Positions 18,487 to 28,336 of a stretch of 64,000 nt of DNA are shown piece after piece. Each line of letters opens with the position of its first letter. Position 1 is the first letter of the stretch. The stretch spans positions 30,717 to 94,716 of the IMG/VR virus record IMGVR_UViG_2675903066_000001; one strand, given 5' to 3'. A model generated the notes under the pieces. The model was not told the origin of the DNA and ran no database searches. It saw nothing but the letters and a program-made list of their open reading frames with translations. Source of the DNA: a virus. Its lineage: Duplodnaviria > Caudoviricetes. Position numbers and translations under genes: made by a program.

Positions 18487-18761
18487 GCTGTGTCTCCTTC
18501 GGGTCAGGTAGGGGAAGCTGGTAGCCGACGATCTCACCGTCGACGATGACGGGCTCGCCGAGTTGCTTCGGCTTGCGTGGCATCAGGTCCTCGGCTTGTC
18601 GTCGTCCTTGGTGAGGCCCATGAGCCGGAAGTACGGCGCGGCCACGAACCCGACCATGCAGACGAGGAAGATGAGGACACCGCCCGGCTTGCTGTCCTGG
18701 TAGGTGATCCAGGACGCGCCGCAGGTGACGGCCACCATGACGAGGAACGCGACCAGGCGGC

Positions 18762-19310
18762 TCACGCGGACACCCGCCTTACGGTGTTGACGTCCTTGAG
18801 GACTCGCCGATGCGTGGCCGGGAGATCGAACGCAGGGTGACCGAGGTAGTCCAGGCCGAGCCAGCGCAACCACGCGGCGTCGCACTCGTCCTCGGTGGCG
18901 AACTCAACGCCGGCCCGCTTGAGCGCGGCGGTGGCCATCTGGCTCTTAGTCGCGTCGCCTCTACTGGTGGCGTAGATCTTGAGGTGCATCACGTTGACCA
19001 ACGCGAGCGTCACGCCAGACCGCCAGCAGGCGAGCCGGACGTTGCCGCTGATCTCCGCTAGGCGGTGCGCCGCTGCGGAGCGCAGGCTGGCCGCGTAGTC
19101 CTCCAGCACAAGCATGTCCGGCTTGAGCCGGAACAGCACGTCGTAGACGTGGGCCTGGATGTGGTCCATCCGGGCCAGGTCGTCGGCGAGAGACCTGGCG
19201 CCCTTCACCTTCGGAGCAACGATCGCTTCGGTGCTGCCGTCCGGGAGCGCGAGCCCGGACTGCTCGGCCGCGAGGTCAAGCCCTACGACGCGGGGAAATG
19301 TCATGTCCAA
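18762..19310 (-). CDS. RuvC-like Holliday junction resolvase
   Basis: VVGLDLA, VLEDY, LKIYAT...ATKSQM, DECDA acidic catalytic motifs. Confidence 0.82.
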   Translation of the reverse strand: MDMTFPRVVGLDLAAEQSGLALPDGSTEAIVAPKVKGARSLADDLARMDHIQAHVYDVLFRLKPDMLVLEDYAASLRSAAAHRLAEISGNVRLACWRSGVTLALVNVMHLKIYATSRGDATKSQMATAALKRAGVEFATEDECDAAWLRWLGLDYLGHPAFDLPATHRRVLKDVNTVRRVSA

Positions 19311-19549
19311 TCCTTCGGGGTGTCGATGTCGTGCAGGTCGTGATCAACCACGTAGTCGAGCCAGGCGGCTAACCCTGCCTGGCCGGTGACGTCGTCCGGT
19401 TTCAGGGCTCGGGCCCGCCTGTCGCGTCGCGCGCGAGCGGCCCGCTTGTGCTGGCGACGCAGCCACAGCCCGTACAAGACCAACCCGGCCGCGGCCGACA
19501 CCGTGATGGTGCCGACCACGGCCAGGAGGGAGACGACGAGGTCTTTCAC
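19301..19549 (-). CDS. Small membrane protein
   Basis: N-terminal TM helix. Confidence 0.5.
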   Translation of the reverse strand: MKDLVVSLLAVVGTITVSAAAGLVLYGLWLRRQHKRAARARRDRRARALKPDDVTGQAGLAAWLDYVVDHDLHDIDTPKDWT

Positions 19550-19965
19550 GGGGTGGGCTGGGTCTCCGCGACGGCGTCGAGTTCCTCGGTGTCGTCGTTG
19601 GGCGAGATTCCGGCCTCGGTCAGGCGGGCGCGGAGCGTCGCCTGTCGCAGGTGCGCGAGCGCGAGGTCGCGCCGCAGCTCGTGAACCTCCCCGGCGAGGT
19701 CGGCGTGCGCCTGGATCGCGCGGTGTGCCGCGTCGACGGCGTTATCGTGCTGGGCCTCGGTCAGTTGCATGCGGCGTTCGAGCTCGCGCCGCGTTGCCTC
19801 CTGGCCGAAGGCGTAGCTGAGCGGGCAGCACACGATGAGCACGAGCTGGACCGTGATGAACGTCCAGATCCCCGCCGACACGAAGCTGAGGCCGAGGTAC
19901 GCGGCCGCGGCCGCGACGACGAGCCCGCGCTGGCGTCGGGTCAGCCGGTTCCACCACTCTTCCAT
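19546..19965 (-). CDS. Membrane protein with coiled coil
   Basis: MEEWWN start and two TM helices. Confidence 0.55.
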   Translation of the reverse strand: MEEWWNRLTRRQRGLVVAAAAAYLGLSFVSAGIWTFITVQLVLIVCCPLSYAFGQEATRRELERRMQLTEAQHDNAVDAAHRAIQAHADLAGEVHELRRDLALAHLRQATLRARLTEAGISPNDDTEELDAVAETQPTP

Positions 19966-20330
19966 CAGGCGGCCTGCCCTTCGAGTGCGCCCAGCACGTC
20001 GACGAGCGTCGCGCGGTCGTTCCAGAAGGCCAGCCACCGCGGCGGCGACGCCTCGTCCTTGGGCCGGCCGAGCACCGCGGCGATCTCGGCGCAGACCTGC
20101 TGCGCGACGTCCCAGCGGGCGAGGTAGCCGGGGTCCGTGCTGGACGGCTTGACGCAGGCCAGCTCCGTGACGGGCAGGCCCGCAGCGAGGCTGATGGCTC
20201 CCACCAGGTCGAAGCCGGGTGTCGTGGGACTCTCGGAGTAGTACCTGCCCTGGATCCAGCCGCCCGTCCTGAGCATGTCGGCGGCTCCGGCCCGGACGGC
20301 GGCCGTGCCGGGGACGGTGAGGGTGGTCAT
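19965..20330 (-). CDS. Hypothetical phage protein (DUF6197-like)
   Basis: AADML...GWIQG...LVGAI...WND...V pattern. Confidence 0.55.
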   Translation of the reverse strand: MTTLTVPGTAAVRAGAADMLRTGGWIQGRYYSESPTTPGFDLVGAISLAAGLPVTELACVKPSSTDPGYLARWDVAQQVCAEIAAVLGRPKDEASPPRWLAFWNDRATLVDVLGALEGQAA

Positions 20331-20451
20331 TTGACGATCTCGCTTTCCAGGAGAAACGGGGACGACGCGGCGAGGATGACCGCAGCGGCCAGGACCGCGA
20401 GCAGCACCAGCCCGATCAGCGCCCACAGATCTGGGCGGTCGTCGCGTCGGT

Positions 20452-20697
20452 TCACTGGCCACCGCCAGGCGCCCAGTCGAGTTCGTCTGGCGTGACCTGC
20501 ACGAGCTCGACGCGAGTCGGGGAGCCGGTTGCGCGCGCCTGGTCGGCCAGCCGCCGCCATTCGCCTGCGGCGTGCTCGATCGTGAGTAGCTGGTCTGGGT
20601 TCATCGCCGTGTTGTTGACGAAGACCAGCCAGTACGTCTCTGTCGCTGGGTCCCCGGAGGCCTTCGGGAAGGCGTCTGGTGTGAGTTTTGTCGTCAC
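20452..20697 (-). CDS. Hypothetical protein
   Basis: Coupled in the operon. Confidence 0.5.
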   Translation of the reverse strand: MTTKLTPDAFPKASGDPATETYWLVFVNNTAMNPDQLLTIEHAAGEWRRLADQARATGSPTRVELVQVTPDELDWAPGGGQ

Positions 20698-21095
20698 GCG
20701 CGGCTCGACTCCGGGAGTCGAGCCGGCTGGGCGGCGGTGGCGAGGGGTTCACTTTTGCACTGATCACCCGCAGGCTCGGGCTTGCCGTCGATGTCGTGGT
20801 ACCAGCCGAAACCGGTCATCCACTTGGCGGTGCGGCCGCACGTGGTGCACTCGGTGGTCTCAGAGGGCTGGCTGCTGCTGGGGTCGCGGTTCAGGTCGGC
20901 GTACCGGATGAGGGCTTCCAGCTGGCGGGCACGCTGCTTCAGGCCCGCGATTTCCTGGTCGGCGCGTTGCCGGACCTGCTCGGCCTGCCCCAGCAGGCTG
21001 TTGCGCTGGCCGACGAGCATCTGGATCGTGTCGGCGGTGAACATCGTGCCGAGCGGGTCGTTGGGGCTGATGCCGAACTGCTCTTCGCTGGTCAT
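20694..21095 (-). CDS. Hypothetical protein (coiled coil plus CxxC)
   Basis: MTSEEQF start with AAGG RBS. Confidence 0.55.
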   Translation of the reverse strand: MTSEEQFGISPNDPLGTMFTADTIQMLVGQRNSLLGQAEQVRQRADQEIAGLKQRARQLEALIRYADLNRDPSSSQPSETTECTTCGRTAKWMTGFGWYHDIDGKPEPAGDQCKSEPLATAAQPARLPESSRA

Positions 21096-21172
21096 AGCCA
21101 GTCCTTCCAAGGGGAGAGTCAGGGGTTGGTGCCGTCCGGGCGTCCTGGCTGTGCGCGGACGCCCGGACGGGG

Positions 21173-21568
21173 CTATCGGTTGCGGCCGGGCTCGCTGCTC
21201 CGGGTGATGGACGTTCCGCCAATCGAGGCGAACTCGATGCGGCGGACGATCACGCAGCCGGTGCACTTGCACTCGGCGAGCAGGTCGCGCTCGTTGTTGT
21301 TGCGGTACGCCCAGGTCGCGTGTCCGGCGAGTTCCTCGCGCATGACGCGGAGCATGTGGTCCCGCTCCCAGCGCACTTCTGCGAGGTTCTCGGCCAGCTC
21401 AGCCTCTCGGCAGTCGCACGCGGGGTGGTGGTCTGCGCAGGCTCGCCAGCGCGGATCCATGGTGTTCTTCGGCAGCGGCAGGACCAGCGGAATCTCCGGG
21501 CGCTTCTCGCGCCACCGGGGCGGTCTGAACCGCACCACGTGGCGCACGGCCACCTCTGTGGACGCCAT
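21173..21568 (-). CDS. Hypothetical Cys-containing protein
   Basis: Coupled to the RecT-like gene. Confidence 0.55.
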   Translation of the reverse strand: MASTEVAVRHVVRFRPPRWREKRPEIPLVLPLPKNTMDPRWRACADHHPACDCREAELAENLAEVRWERDHMLRVMREELAGHATWAYRNNNERDLLAECKCTGCVIVRRIEFASIGGTSITRSSEPGRNR

Positions 21569-23028
21569 CAGAAGCCGCCGCCCTGCTGCTCACCCTGCTG
21601 GGCCTCGGCCGCCTGCTTGGCGGCGCTAACCATGGTCTCCCAGGTGGCGCGGGGCTGCTCCGCGCCGAGCGCCGCCTCCAGCAGCTGGGCCACCGCTTCC
21701 ACCTGCTCGAATGTCAGGTCGTCGGCGTTCATGATCGGCTGCTCCAGGATGATGGACAGGTCCTGGAAGCGGTCCTCGCCGTTGGTGATGCCGATCCGGG
21801 TGAAAGACTCGTCGATCTGCTTGTAGAGGCTGAGCCGCCGCTTGGCGCGCTCAACCAGGAGCCGCTTCAGCTCGTCGATGGCGGACTGCGCCTGGCCGTG
21901 GGTGAGGTTCTTCGTCGAGCCCTCGACCGGGACCTTCAGGAACTCGGACAGCCACGCGAACCGTGCCTCGTCGTTCAGCTTCGTCGATCCGCGCCCAGTG
22001 TGCACGGTGATCCCGGCGTCCGTCATGAGGATGCCCAGCTCGCGCAGCTGATCCTTGTTCGCGGGCTCGTCCTCGACGACGTCGCCCTCGACGGGCTCGT
22101 CGGCGTCGGCCGGAGGCTGCTCGCCGCCGGCGAGCTTCTCGTCCGGCGCCGCGGCGACCGGCCCGCTGGCGGGCTCGGCGCTCGCCTGCGCCTCCTCCGG
22201 CTCCATCACGGTGGGCGGCAGGTGCTCGCCCCGGCCGAGCGCGCTCTCCACCGCGGCGGCCTGCGCCGGCGTCAGGTCAGCCGCCGACCGGAAGGTGTAG
22301 TCCGGGTGGACGAGATGCAGGTAGCCGAGCTTGTCAGTCACGCCCTTCTCGTCCATCAGCTTGGCCAGGCGGCGAAGCTGATCGGTGGTGGCCTTGACCA
22401 CGCCGGTCACCTCCTGCGAGGCCGTGGCTGCCTCGCGCACCGAGGCGCCCGCCTCCACCCTGGCGTCGGTGACGACGTACGAGCCGTCCGGGTTCATCTC
22501 CGCGCCCAGCTCCTCCGGCACGTAGGTGAAGCCGAGCAGCGCCTCCTTGCAGGCTTCCCGGGCGCATTCGGACACCGAGCGGGCCTTGAGCATCTGCTCG
22601 GGGTACTTGAGGTAGTTCTCGTTCTGCTTGATCAGCCCGGCCTTCCGGGCCCGGTCCATCGTCCACGTCGCCCGGAACTCGAAGTCCGGGTCGTCGGCAC
22701 GGATGATGGTGGTGACGGCCTTGACGACGTTGCCTTCGTCGTCGTGCTCCACCCACGTGCGCAGCTTGTGCCCGGCCTTACGGACCAGCGCCGACATGAG
22801 GCCTGCCGACGCGGTCGGCTTGCCCTTGATGATGTGGACCTCGGTGATGGCGACCATCGGCTCGACGCCGAGCGCGATGCCCCACTCGACCGCGTACAGC
22901 ACGTTGGCGGGCTGCTTGCGGTAGGCGTCCGGCAGCAGGCCCGCGTTGGACAGGTCCTGCGCGTACTTGATGCGGGCAGGCATGTCCCACGTGGCGATAG
23001 CGGGCAGGTTGGGGGTTGCTGCGGTCAT
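21568..23028 (-). CDS. RecT-like single-strand annealing protein with long C-terminal extension
   Basis: LLPDAY..QPAN...LGVEPM.A...IIKGKP...YPEQML.AR; directly downstream of the YqaJ exonuclease. Confidence 0.75.
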   Translation of the reverse strand: MTAATPNLPAIATWDMPARIKYAQDLSNAGLLPDAYRKQPANVLYAVEWGIALGVEPMVAITEVHIIKGKPTASAGLMSALVRKAGHKLRTWVEHDDEGNVVKAVTTIIRADDPDFEFRATWTMDRARKAGLIKQNENYLKYPEQMLKARSVSECAREACKEALLGFTYVPEELGAEMNPDGSYVVTDARVEAGASVREAATASQEVTGVVKATTDQLRRLAKLMDEKGVTDKLGYLHLVHPDYTFRSAADLTPAQAAAVESALGRGEHLPPTVMEPEEAQASAEPASGPVAAAPDEKLAGGEQPPADADEPVEGDVVEDEPANKDQLRELGILMTDAGITVHTGRGSTKLNDEARFAWLSEFLKVPVEGSTKNLTHGQAQSAIDELKRLLVERAKRRLSLYKQIDESFTRIGITNGEDRFQDLSIILEQPIMNADDLTFEQVEAVAQLLEAALGAEQPRATWETMVSAAKQAAEAQQGEQQGGGF

Positions 23029-23975
23029 GCTGCGACTCCTTGCAGTTCAGGGGTGGGAAGGTCGGATTCGACGACCAGGAAGGGGGTGCCGCCGCCCTTC
23101 GCCTGGCGGCGAGCCACGTTGTCGAGGCCGAACCGGGCGCGGCCGGCCAGACCCATCGCATCGAGCAGCTCGGCGCGGGCCTTCTCAGCTCGGGCCTTGG
23201 CCGACTTCGCTTCGGCGGCCGCCGCCTTCTCCTCCGCGAGGGCGGGGAGCCAGCGGGCGGCCTGCTCGTCGGTGATGTCGTAGATGAGTTCGTTGTCGAT
23301 GTCGGGGTGCCGCTTGCGGATGGCCTTGACGGTGGCCTTGTGGCCGTCGACGGGCGGCATCTCGTCCCACGCGATGCTGAGCAGGAACTCCTCGGCCTGC
23401 CTGCGCATCCACTCGGCGTCGGCTTCGTCGGGCAGGATGTGGTACTCGCGGAAGTCGAAGCCGCGGCCGATGACGACTGCGACCTTCCACCACGGCAGGC
23501 CGGTCACGTCGAGGTACCAGCGGACCTGGGTGAGGTAGTGGAACGGGATCTCTGCGGTTCCGGAGGTCCCCCAGCCGCGGCCGTCAGCGTCGGTCTTGAT
23601 CTCCAGTCCGCCGACCACGCGACCGTCCTGCAGAAGGAACCGGTCGGGGTTGGTGAGCTGCCAGTCCCGATCCGGGTCAGCGTGCACGTACGTCCCGGCT
23701 TCGACGACCTCGAACTCGGGGTGCTCGTGAGCGAACCAGGCGGCCACGCCAGGCTCCAGGAAGTGGCCGCGTGACTGCTGGTCGTTCTGGGGGTCGGGTT
23801 CGATGAGTCCGGCTTTCTCGCACCACAGGCTGTACTTGGACTGCCACTTGGACAGGCCGATGATCGCGGCGACGTCGGATCCGCCGATGCGGTGCTGACG
23901 TGCTGCGTGCCACTCGGGGCTTCCGGAGGCCCACCGGCCGAGGTACCGGCCGGTGGGTGTGACGAGGGTGGTCAT
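23025..23975 (-). CDS. YqaJ/lambda-exonuclease family recombination nuclease
   Basis: EWHAARQHRIGGSDVAAI, GHFLEP, NPD...LEIKT, YLTQVRWY. Confidence 0.92.
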   Translation of the reverse strand: MTTLVTPTGRYLGRWASGSPEWHAARQHRIGGSDVAAIIGLSKWQSKYSLWCEKAGLIEPDPQNDQQSRGHFLEPGVAAWFAHEHPEFEVVEAGTYVHADPDRDWQLTNPDRFLLQDGRVVGGLEIKTDADGRGWGTSGTAEIPFHYLTQVRWYLDVTGLPWWKVAVVIGRGFDFREYHILPDEADAEWMRRQAEEFLLSIAWDEMPPVDGHKATVKAIRKRHPDIDNELIYDITDEQAARWLPALAEEKAAAAEAKSAKARAEKARAELLDAMGLAGRARFGLDNVARRQAKGGGTPFLVVESDLPTPELQGVAA

Positions 23976-24364
23976 CAAAACGGGGGCTCCTGGAACTTGC
24001 GCTCGCGCCCCTCGCGGACCAGGTGCCACGGTCCCCGGATGGACAGCATGTCGTCGAGGTCTTCCACGGCGAAGTTCCCGCCCGTGTTGACCAAGGTGAC
24101 CTCTCGGTTTCCATGTCGGCGGACCGCGTACCACTCGACGTCCTGGCCGTCTTCCCAGATGTCGCCCTCGATGGGCGGCCACTTCTCGGGGGTGAGGACC
24201 TCGACGTTGATGCCTTCGGTGTGCAGCGGGATCTCGCCGACGAACTTGGTGACGCCGTTGGGCTGCGGGAGGCTGACGAACAGCTGGTCGCCGTGCTTGA
24301 GCTCGTCGGCCTCGCACAGGATGGTGATCCTCAGGCGATCACCGGGCCGGATCTTCGGCGTCAT
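23975..24364 (-). CDS. Hypothetical protein
   Basis: TGATG coupling on both sides. Confidence 0.6.
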   Translation of the reverse strand: MTPKIRPGDRLRITILCEADELKHGDQLFVSLPQPNGVTKFVGEIPLHTEGINVEVLTPEKWPPIEGDIWEDGQDVEWYAVRRHGNREVTLVNTGGNFAVEDLDDMLSIRGPWHLVREGRERKFQEPPF

Positions 24365-24552
24365 CAGTCCTCCCGCTCGCGCTCGTAGACCCACCGGTCG
24401 AAGAGGGTCAGGGCCTTCTCGGCCGGGTTGGTCTGGTCTCGCCACACCAGGCGGCGGGCCGGCTGGATCACTGGGTCGCTGGGGTGCGGGGCGCGGATGG
24501 CGTGGAGCATGTCCGTGATCTCGTCGTCGGACGGCGTGGGCAGGAGCTTCAC
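24364..24552 (-). CDS. Hypothetical protein
   Basis: Coupled small ORF. Confidence 0.5.
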   Translation of the reverse strand: MKLLPTPSDDEITDMLHAIRAPHPSDPVIQPARRLVWRDQTNPAEKALTLFDRWVYERERED

Positions 24553-25532
24553 TCGGTCACCTCGCCGATGGCCAGCTGGTAGATGGTGTTGCGGTCCCGG
24601 ACCGAAGTTGCTTCAGCGACGCGGACGAGCCGCTCGACCAGGTCCATGGGGCTGCTCATCGGCACGCCGAGCGCTGCGCAGTTGATGCGGTGGATCGCCA
24701 CCGGGAGCGTCGTGTACGCGGCGGGCGCTTCGGGAACGGTCTGGACCTCGACGAGGAAGCCGCTGTTCATCCAGTGGAAGATGCCGAGCCCGTCCTCGGT
24801 GAGGCCTCCCTTCCACACGTCTGGGTAGCGCTCGACGAGCCGCTCCATGTGCGCGGCCACCCGAGCCGGAGTCGCGTCGAGCGGGACGTACGCCTCAGCA
24901 AACGGGATCACGCCTGCGCTTCGCCGAGGGTGGATCACCGGGAAGTCGCTGGTGACGTCGCGGCCGGTCGCGTCGCTTACGGTGATGTCCCACACGCGGC
25001 TCAGGTGACCGGGCGGCAAGGAGGCGCGGCGGGCGAGCCCGATGCCGAGCCGGGCGTTGAACCGCTCTGCGGTGATGCGTAGCATCTCGCGCGGCCCTTC
25101 GGCGGTCTGCCACCGCGCGTTGTAGACGGGCGCGGCCACCTTGATGAAGACGGGGCTGGTGGCGCCCTCGATCGGGATGACCTGGCCGTCGCCCTGCTCC
25201 AGGTCGATCGTCACCTCGCACGCCAGGCCGTGGTACAGGCAGAGGTAGGCGGCGAGCTGGTTGGCCAGGTGGGCGGCGTTGAGGGCGGCCAGCAGGATCG
25301 CGTTGGGGAGGCGGTCGCACTCAACGCGGAACACCGGGTCGTTCTCGACGTCCTTGACGCGCTGGTTGATCATGCGGTCGGCGGCCTGCCCGTCACCGTC
25401 GAGGAGTTGGACGAGCCGGTCTCGGGCTGCCACGCCGACGTCGGTGAGCCGGTTGTTGATGACACCGTCGACGAGTTCGTCGAGGCGCTTTCCCGTGACT
25501 CTGAGGGCGGGTGCGGGGGGCGTGATGGTCAT
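24549..25532 (-). CDS. Hypothetical protein, first gene of the leftward early operon
   Basis: AGGAG RBS; a 19-bp motif lies about 20 bp upstream. Confidence 0.7.
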   Translation of the reverse strand: MTITPPAPALRVTGKRLDELVDGVINNRLTDVGVAARDRLVQLLDGDGQAADRMINQRVKDVENDPVFRVECDRLPNAILLAALNAAHLANQLAAYLCLYHGLACEVTIDLEQGDGQVIPIEGATSPVFIKVAAPVYNARWQTAEGPREMLRITAERFNARLGIGLARRASLPPGHLSRVWDITVSDATGRDVTSDFPVIHPRRSAGVIPFAEAYVPLDATPARVAAHMERLVERYPDVWKGGLTEDGLGIFHWMNSGFLVEVQTVPEAPAAYTTLPVAIHRINCAALGVPMSSPMDLVERLVRVAEATSVRDRNTIYQLAIGEVTE

Positions 25533-25685
25533 TCACTCTCCTGGCTTTGTCAGTGGTACCGCTTGCGCTTTTGGCGAGGTGTTACGTGTGGTGTCCTCGC
25601 TTGGGGCTCGGTTCCGTTTCTGCTGGTTATTGCGGTCTCGGTGCCCTATTTGATCTTGTTTCGGACAGGCTGAACCGAGATCTCA

Positions 25686-25715
25686 ACCATATCGTGAGCA
25701 TGTCCTGTGTGTCCA
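25686..25715 (-). promoter_or_regulatory. Putative leftward housekeeping-type promoter
   Basis: TGGACA-N18-TATGGT on the minus strand, divergent from the repressor. Confidence 0.5.
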
Positions 25716-25864
25716 CTTTGGTGCGTACATACGTGACAGACGCGACACTCTTGCACGTGATTTCATGATCACCTTTAGTGATCGCTTTTTTGTCCAGCCC
25801 TGGGCGACATGGCGTACACGTTGGTACTGTTGCGACAATTACGCCACGAAAGAAGGACGCCACC

Positions 25865-26371
25865 GTGCCCACCCCACCGCAGAGGCCTGCCGACGCGGCA
25901 CTCCTCCACCACCTCCGCACCCGGCGAGACGAGCTGCTGCCCGAAGTCCCTCTCAAGGCCATCGCCGACAAGGTCGCACGGACGGCGGGCTACAACTTCT
26001 ACCCCAACAAGCTGCGCCGCATCGAAAGCGGCGAGACCAGTGCCAGCGATCTCGACTACGCCTGGGTTGCCTGGGCAGTCAACGCCACGCCCAACCAGGT
26101 CGAGGAAGTCGGCCGGCCCGAGGCCGCCCGCCTGCTTCGCGAGATCATCGACAAGCACTCCCCCAAGGACACCATCCTGTCCGCAGTGCTCGCTCCCGAC
26201 GTAACCCCCGACGCCGTGCAAAAGCATCTCCGGCAGAAGCTTGAGGAGATCAGGTCGGCACCAAATTTCACGCCCGAGGAGCGGGCCAGCATGGAGGAGT
26301 TCCTCATCGCCCAGATCGAGCTTCTGCTCCAGAATGTTGGGCGTCAGATGGAGATGCTCCGCTCACGCTGA
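25865..26371 (+). CDS. XRE-like HTH repressor (candidate immunity repressor)
   Basis: LRTRRDE...LKAIADKV...LRRIESG; divergent from the early operon; GTG 25865 with GAAGG RBS. Confidence 0.65.
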   Translation: MPTPPQRPADAALLHHLRTRRDELLPEVPLKAIADKVARTAGYNFYPNKLRRIESGETSASDLDYAWVAWAVNATPNQVEEVGRPEAARLLREIIDKHSPKDTILSAVLAPDVTPDAVQKHLRQKLEEIRSAPNFTPEERASMEEFLIAQIELLLQNVGRQMEMLRSR

Positions 26372-26381
26372 CCCGCAGAGA

Positions 26382-27341
26382 TCAGTTCAGCCAGTTACGC
26401 GCGGCATGGAAGATCAACGCTGGGCGGGAATCAACTTCCGCGAGGTCCCGCATCCGCTTGATCCGCCGCAGGATCGTCGACTTGGACACATCCATCAGCC
26501 GGGCCATCTGTTCGTCCGTCTGCCCTGCCACGATGTACTGCAGGATCGACATGTCGACCGGATCCAGCTCGGTGTGCTTATCGGCGGCGGCCAGGCGGGG
26601 ATCGCGCAAGGGAACTGCCTCGTTCCAATGATGCTCGAACACTACGATCATGGATTCCAGCAATGACCCGCCACGGATGAGAAGCGTGGACATCTGATCC
26701 GGATATCCACGAGGCCACCTCGGCACCAACGCCTTCTCGCGGTCGGAGATGATCAGCTTGAACGGCAGACTCTTGGCCACCCTCACGTCTGTGCCCAGTG
26801 CCACCACGTTCCGCAGCCCGGACATGGCGTTCTCATCGTCCAGCACCGCCTGCTCGTAGATGAAGCGACGCTTCGGCCGGCGCACCGTGCCGTCCGGGTT
26901 GCGTCGCGCCGGGTCCCCCGGTGCATGCACCCTCGTAAGCGGGATGAACGGGTAAGTGGCGAACTGCATCACCTCTCGGTGTGCTCCGAGAGTGAGATCG
27001 TCGATCGCGGCCCCGACGCGCTGACGCGATTTGAGGACCTCCACGGGCGCGTTCGGGCCGTACTGAGTGTTCGCCTCGTACACCTCGCGCAGTTCTTCCG
27101 CCTGCAGCTTCAGACGCGCGAGGCTCACTTCCGCCTGTGCCACGACAGGCTGCAGAGCGAAGTCCGGGTGGCGCGCAGTGGCGGGTTCACCAACGACAAG
27201 TCCGACATCACGCAAGCGTTCGAGTGCGTACTCGGCGGGCAGACCGCCGAAACGTTCCAAAAGCTGCTGCGTCGACGTTGGGCCTTCCTCGATCAAGTAG
27301 ATGTAGATCGAGGCCCCGGTGTCGCCGATCCCCATGGGCAC
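26382..27341 (-). CDS. TrmB-like/LuxR-type transcriptional regulator
   Basis: N-terminal wHTH, central LPFKLIISDRE..LVP domain, C-terminal GQTDEQMARLMDVSKSTILRRI HTH. Confidence 0.88.
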   Translation of the reverse strand: MPMGIGDTGASIYIYLIEEGPTSTQQLLERFGGLPAEYALERLRDVGLVVGEPATARHPDFALQPVVAQAEVSLARLKLQAEELREVYEANTQYGPNAPVEVLKSRQRVGAAIDDLTLGAHREVMQFATYPFIPLTRVHAPGDPARRNPDGTVRRPKRRFIYEQAVLDDENAMSGLRNVVALGTDVRVAKSLPFKLIISDREKALVPRWPRGYPDQMSTLLIRGGSLLESMIVVFEHHWNEAVPLRDPRLAAADKHTELDPVDMSILQYIVAGQTDEQMARLMDVSKSTILRRIKRMRDLAEVDSRPALIFHAARNWLN

Positions 27342-27372
27342 GGCTTGATCTCCTTCGTTGCATCCCGGTTGG

Positions 27373-27633
27373 TTACAGCCGCGCCCGCGCTGGTTGGTGG
27401 AGCAGCGCGGCGGTGCTGCGTGCATGTTCCAGGCCGAAGCGGTAGGCCCGGCGCCAGGCCGCCACGGCGCGGTGGACCACGACCGCCAAGGTCGCGACTA
27501 GCACTGCTACGCCGGCCCACAGCAGGATGACCGCCCCGGTCATGCCGGAAAGGCCTGTTGCGATGGTGGCGGCGGCCACCGCGGCGGCCACCGAAGTGGC
27601 CGCCGCGGCGATGTACATGGTGAGCGTTTCCAA
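27373..27633 (-). CDS. Small two-TM membrane protein
   Basis: Two hydrophobic helices followed by AYRFG..HA. Confidence 0.6.
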   Translation of the reverse strand: METLTMYIAAAATSVAAAVAAATIATGLSGMTGAVILLWAGVAVLVATLAVVVHRAVAAWRRAYRFGLEHARSTAALLHQPARARL

Positions 27634-27636
27634 GAT

Positions 27637-28017
27637 CTACCAGCCTCCGGCGTCGCTGTCGGCTGACGCCGAGACCTTGGTGGTGGTCACGGTGGTCGTC
27701 GACTCGGTGACGGTGCGGGTGATGGTCTTGCTGCCGTCAGGGTTGTAGACGGTCTGGATGGTCTCGGTCTTGGTGCGGGTGCCTGGCTTGGTGGTGCTGG
27801 TCGGCGTCGCGCTCGCCTCAGGGGTGGGCGGGTTGAGGGTGAGCTCCGCGGTGGGGGTGGGCTGCGCAGTGGCAGTCGCGCTTTCGGATGCGGACACGCT
27901 CGGCGAGGGAGAAGGGCTGACAGGGTCGGCCCAAGCAGAGGAAGAAGCGCTTACGGCGACGAGCAGAGCGGTGCCGGAGATAGCGAGGGCGGCGCGAAGA
28001 CGCGTGATCATTGTCAA
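27637..28017 (-). CDS. Secreted Ser/Thr/Pro-rich protein ending in DSDAGGW
   Basis: Sec-type signal peptide (..SSSAWA/DP) and a low-complexity mature region. Confidence 0.75.
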   Translation of the reverse strand: MTMITRLRAALAISGTALLVAVSASSSAWADPVSPSPSPSVSASESATATAQPTPTAELTLNPPTPEASATPTSTTKPGTRTKTETIQTVYNPDGSKTITRTVTESTTTVTTTKVSASADSDAGGW

Positions 28018-28162
28018 GAGCTGCTTTCAAAGCGAGATGGGTAGCGCGTAGGTGCGACACGGAAGCCGGATAGCGGTTTCCGCTTGGCTGGCATTACGCA
28101 CCGTGCGCGTCGGAGCGATCCATGTAAATCCTTGAATGACGGGTATGTCCAGATGAACGGGT

Positions 28163-28187
28163 TGACACTTTAGACACATGACACTTT
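28163..28187. promoter_or_regulatory. Direct repeats in a divergent promoter region
   Basis: TGACACTTT at 28163 and 28179, with GACAC between them. Confidence 0.45.
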
Positions 28188-28336
28188 GTTGTCACCGTCA
28201 GACAAGCCGGAAAGGAACCGTCCGTAACGATCGGGCATCAGCGGCGGTTCAGCAGTACCCCGGTGTTTCGCACCTGACCATGACTGGCTAAGTTGACCAC
28301 GGCCCTATCTGTGGGTTGACCCCCTAAGGAACGCAC

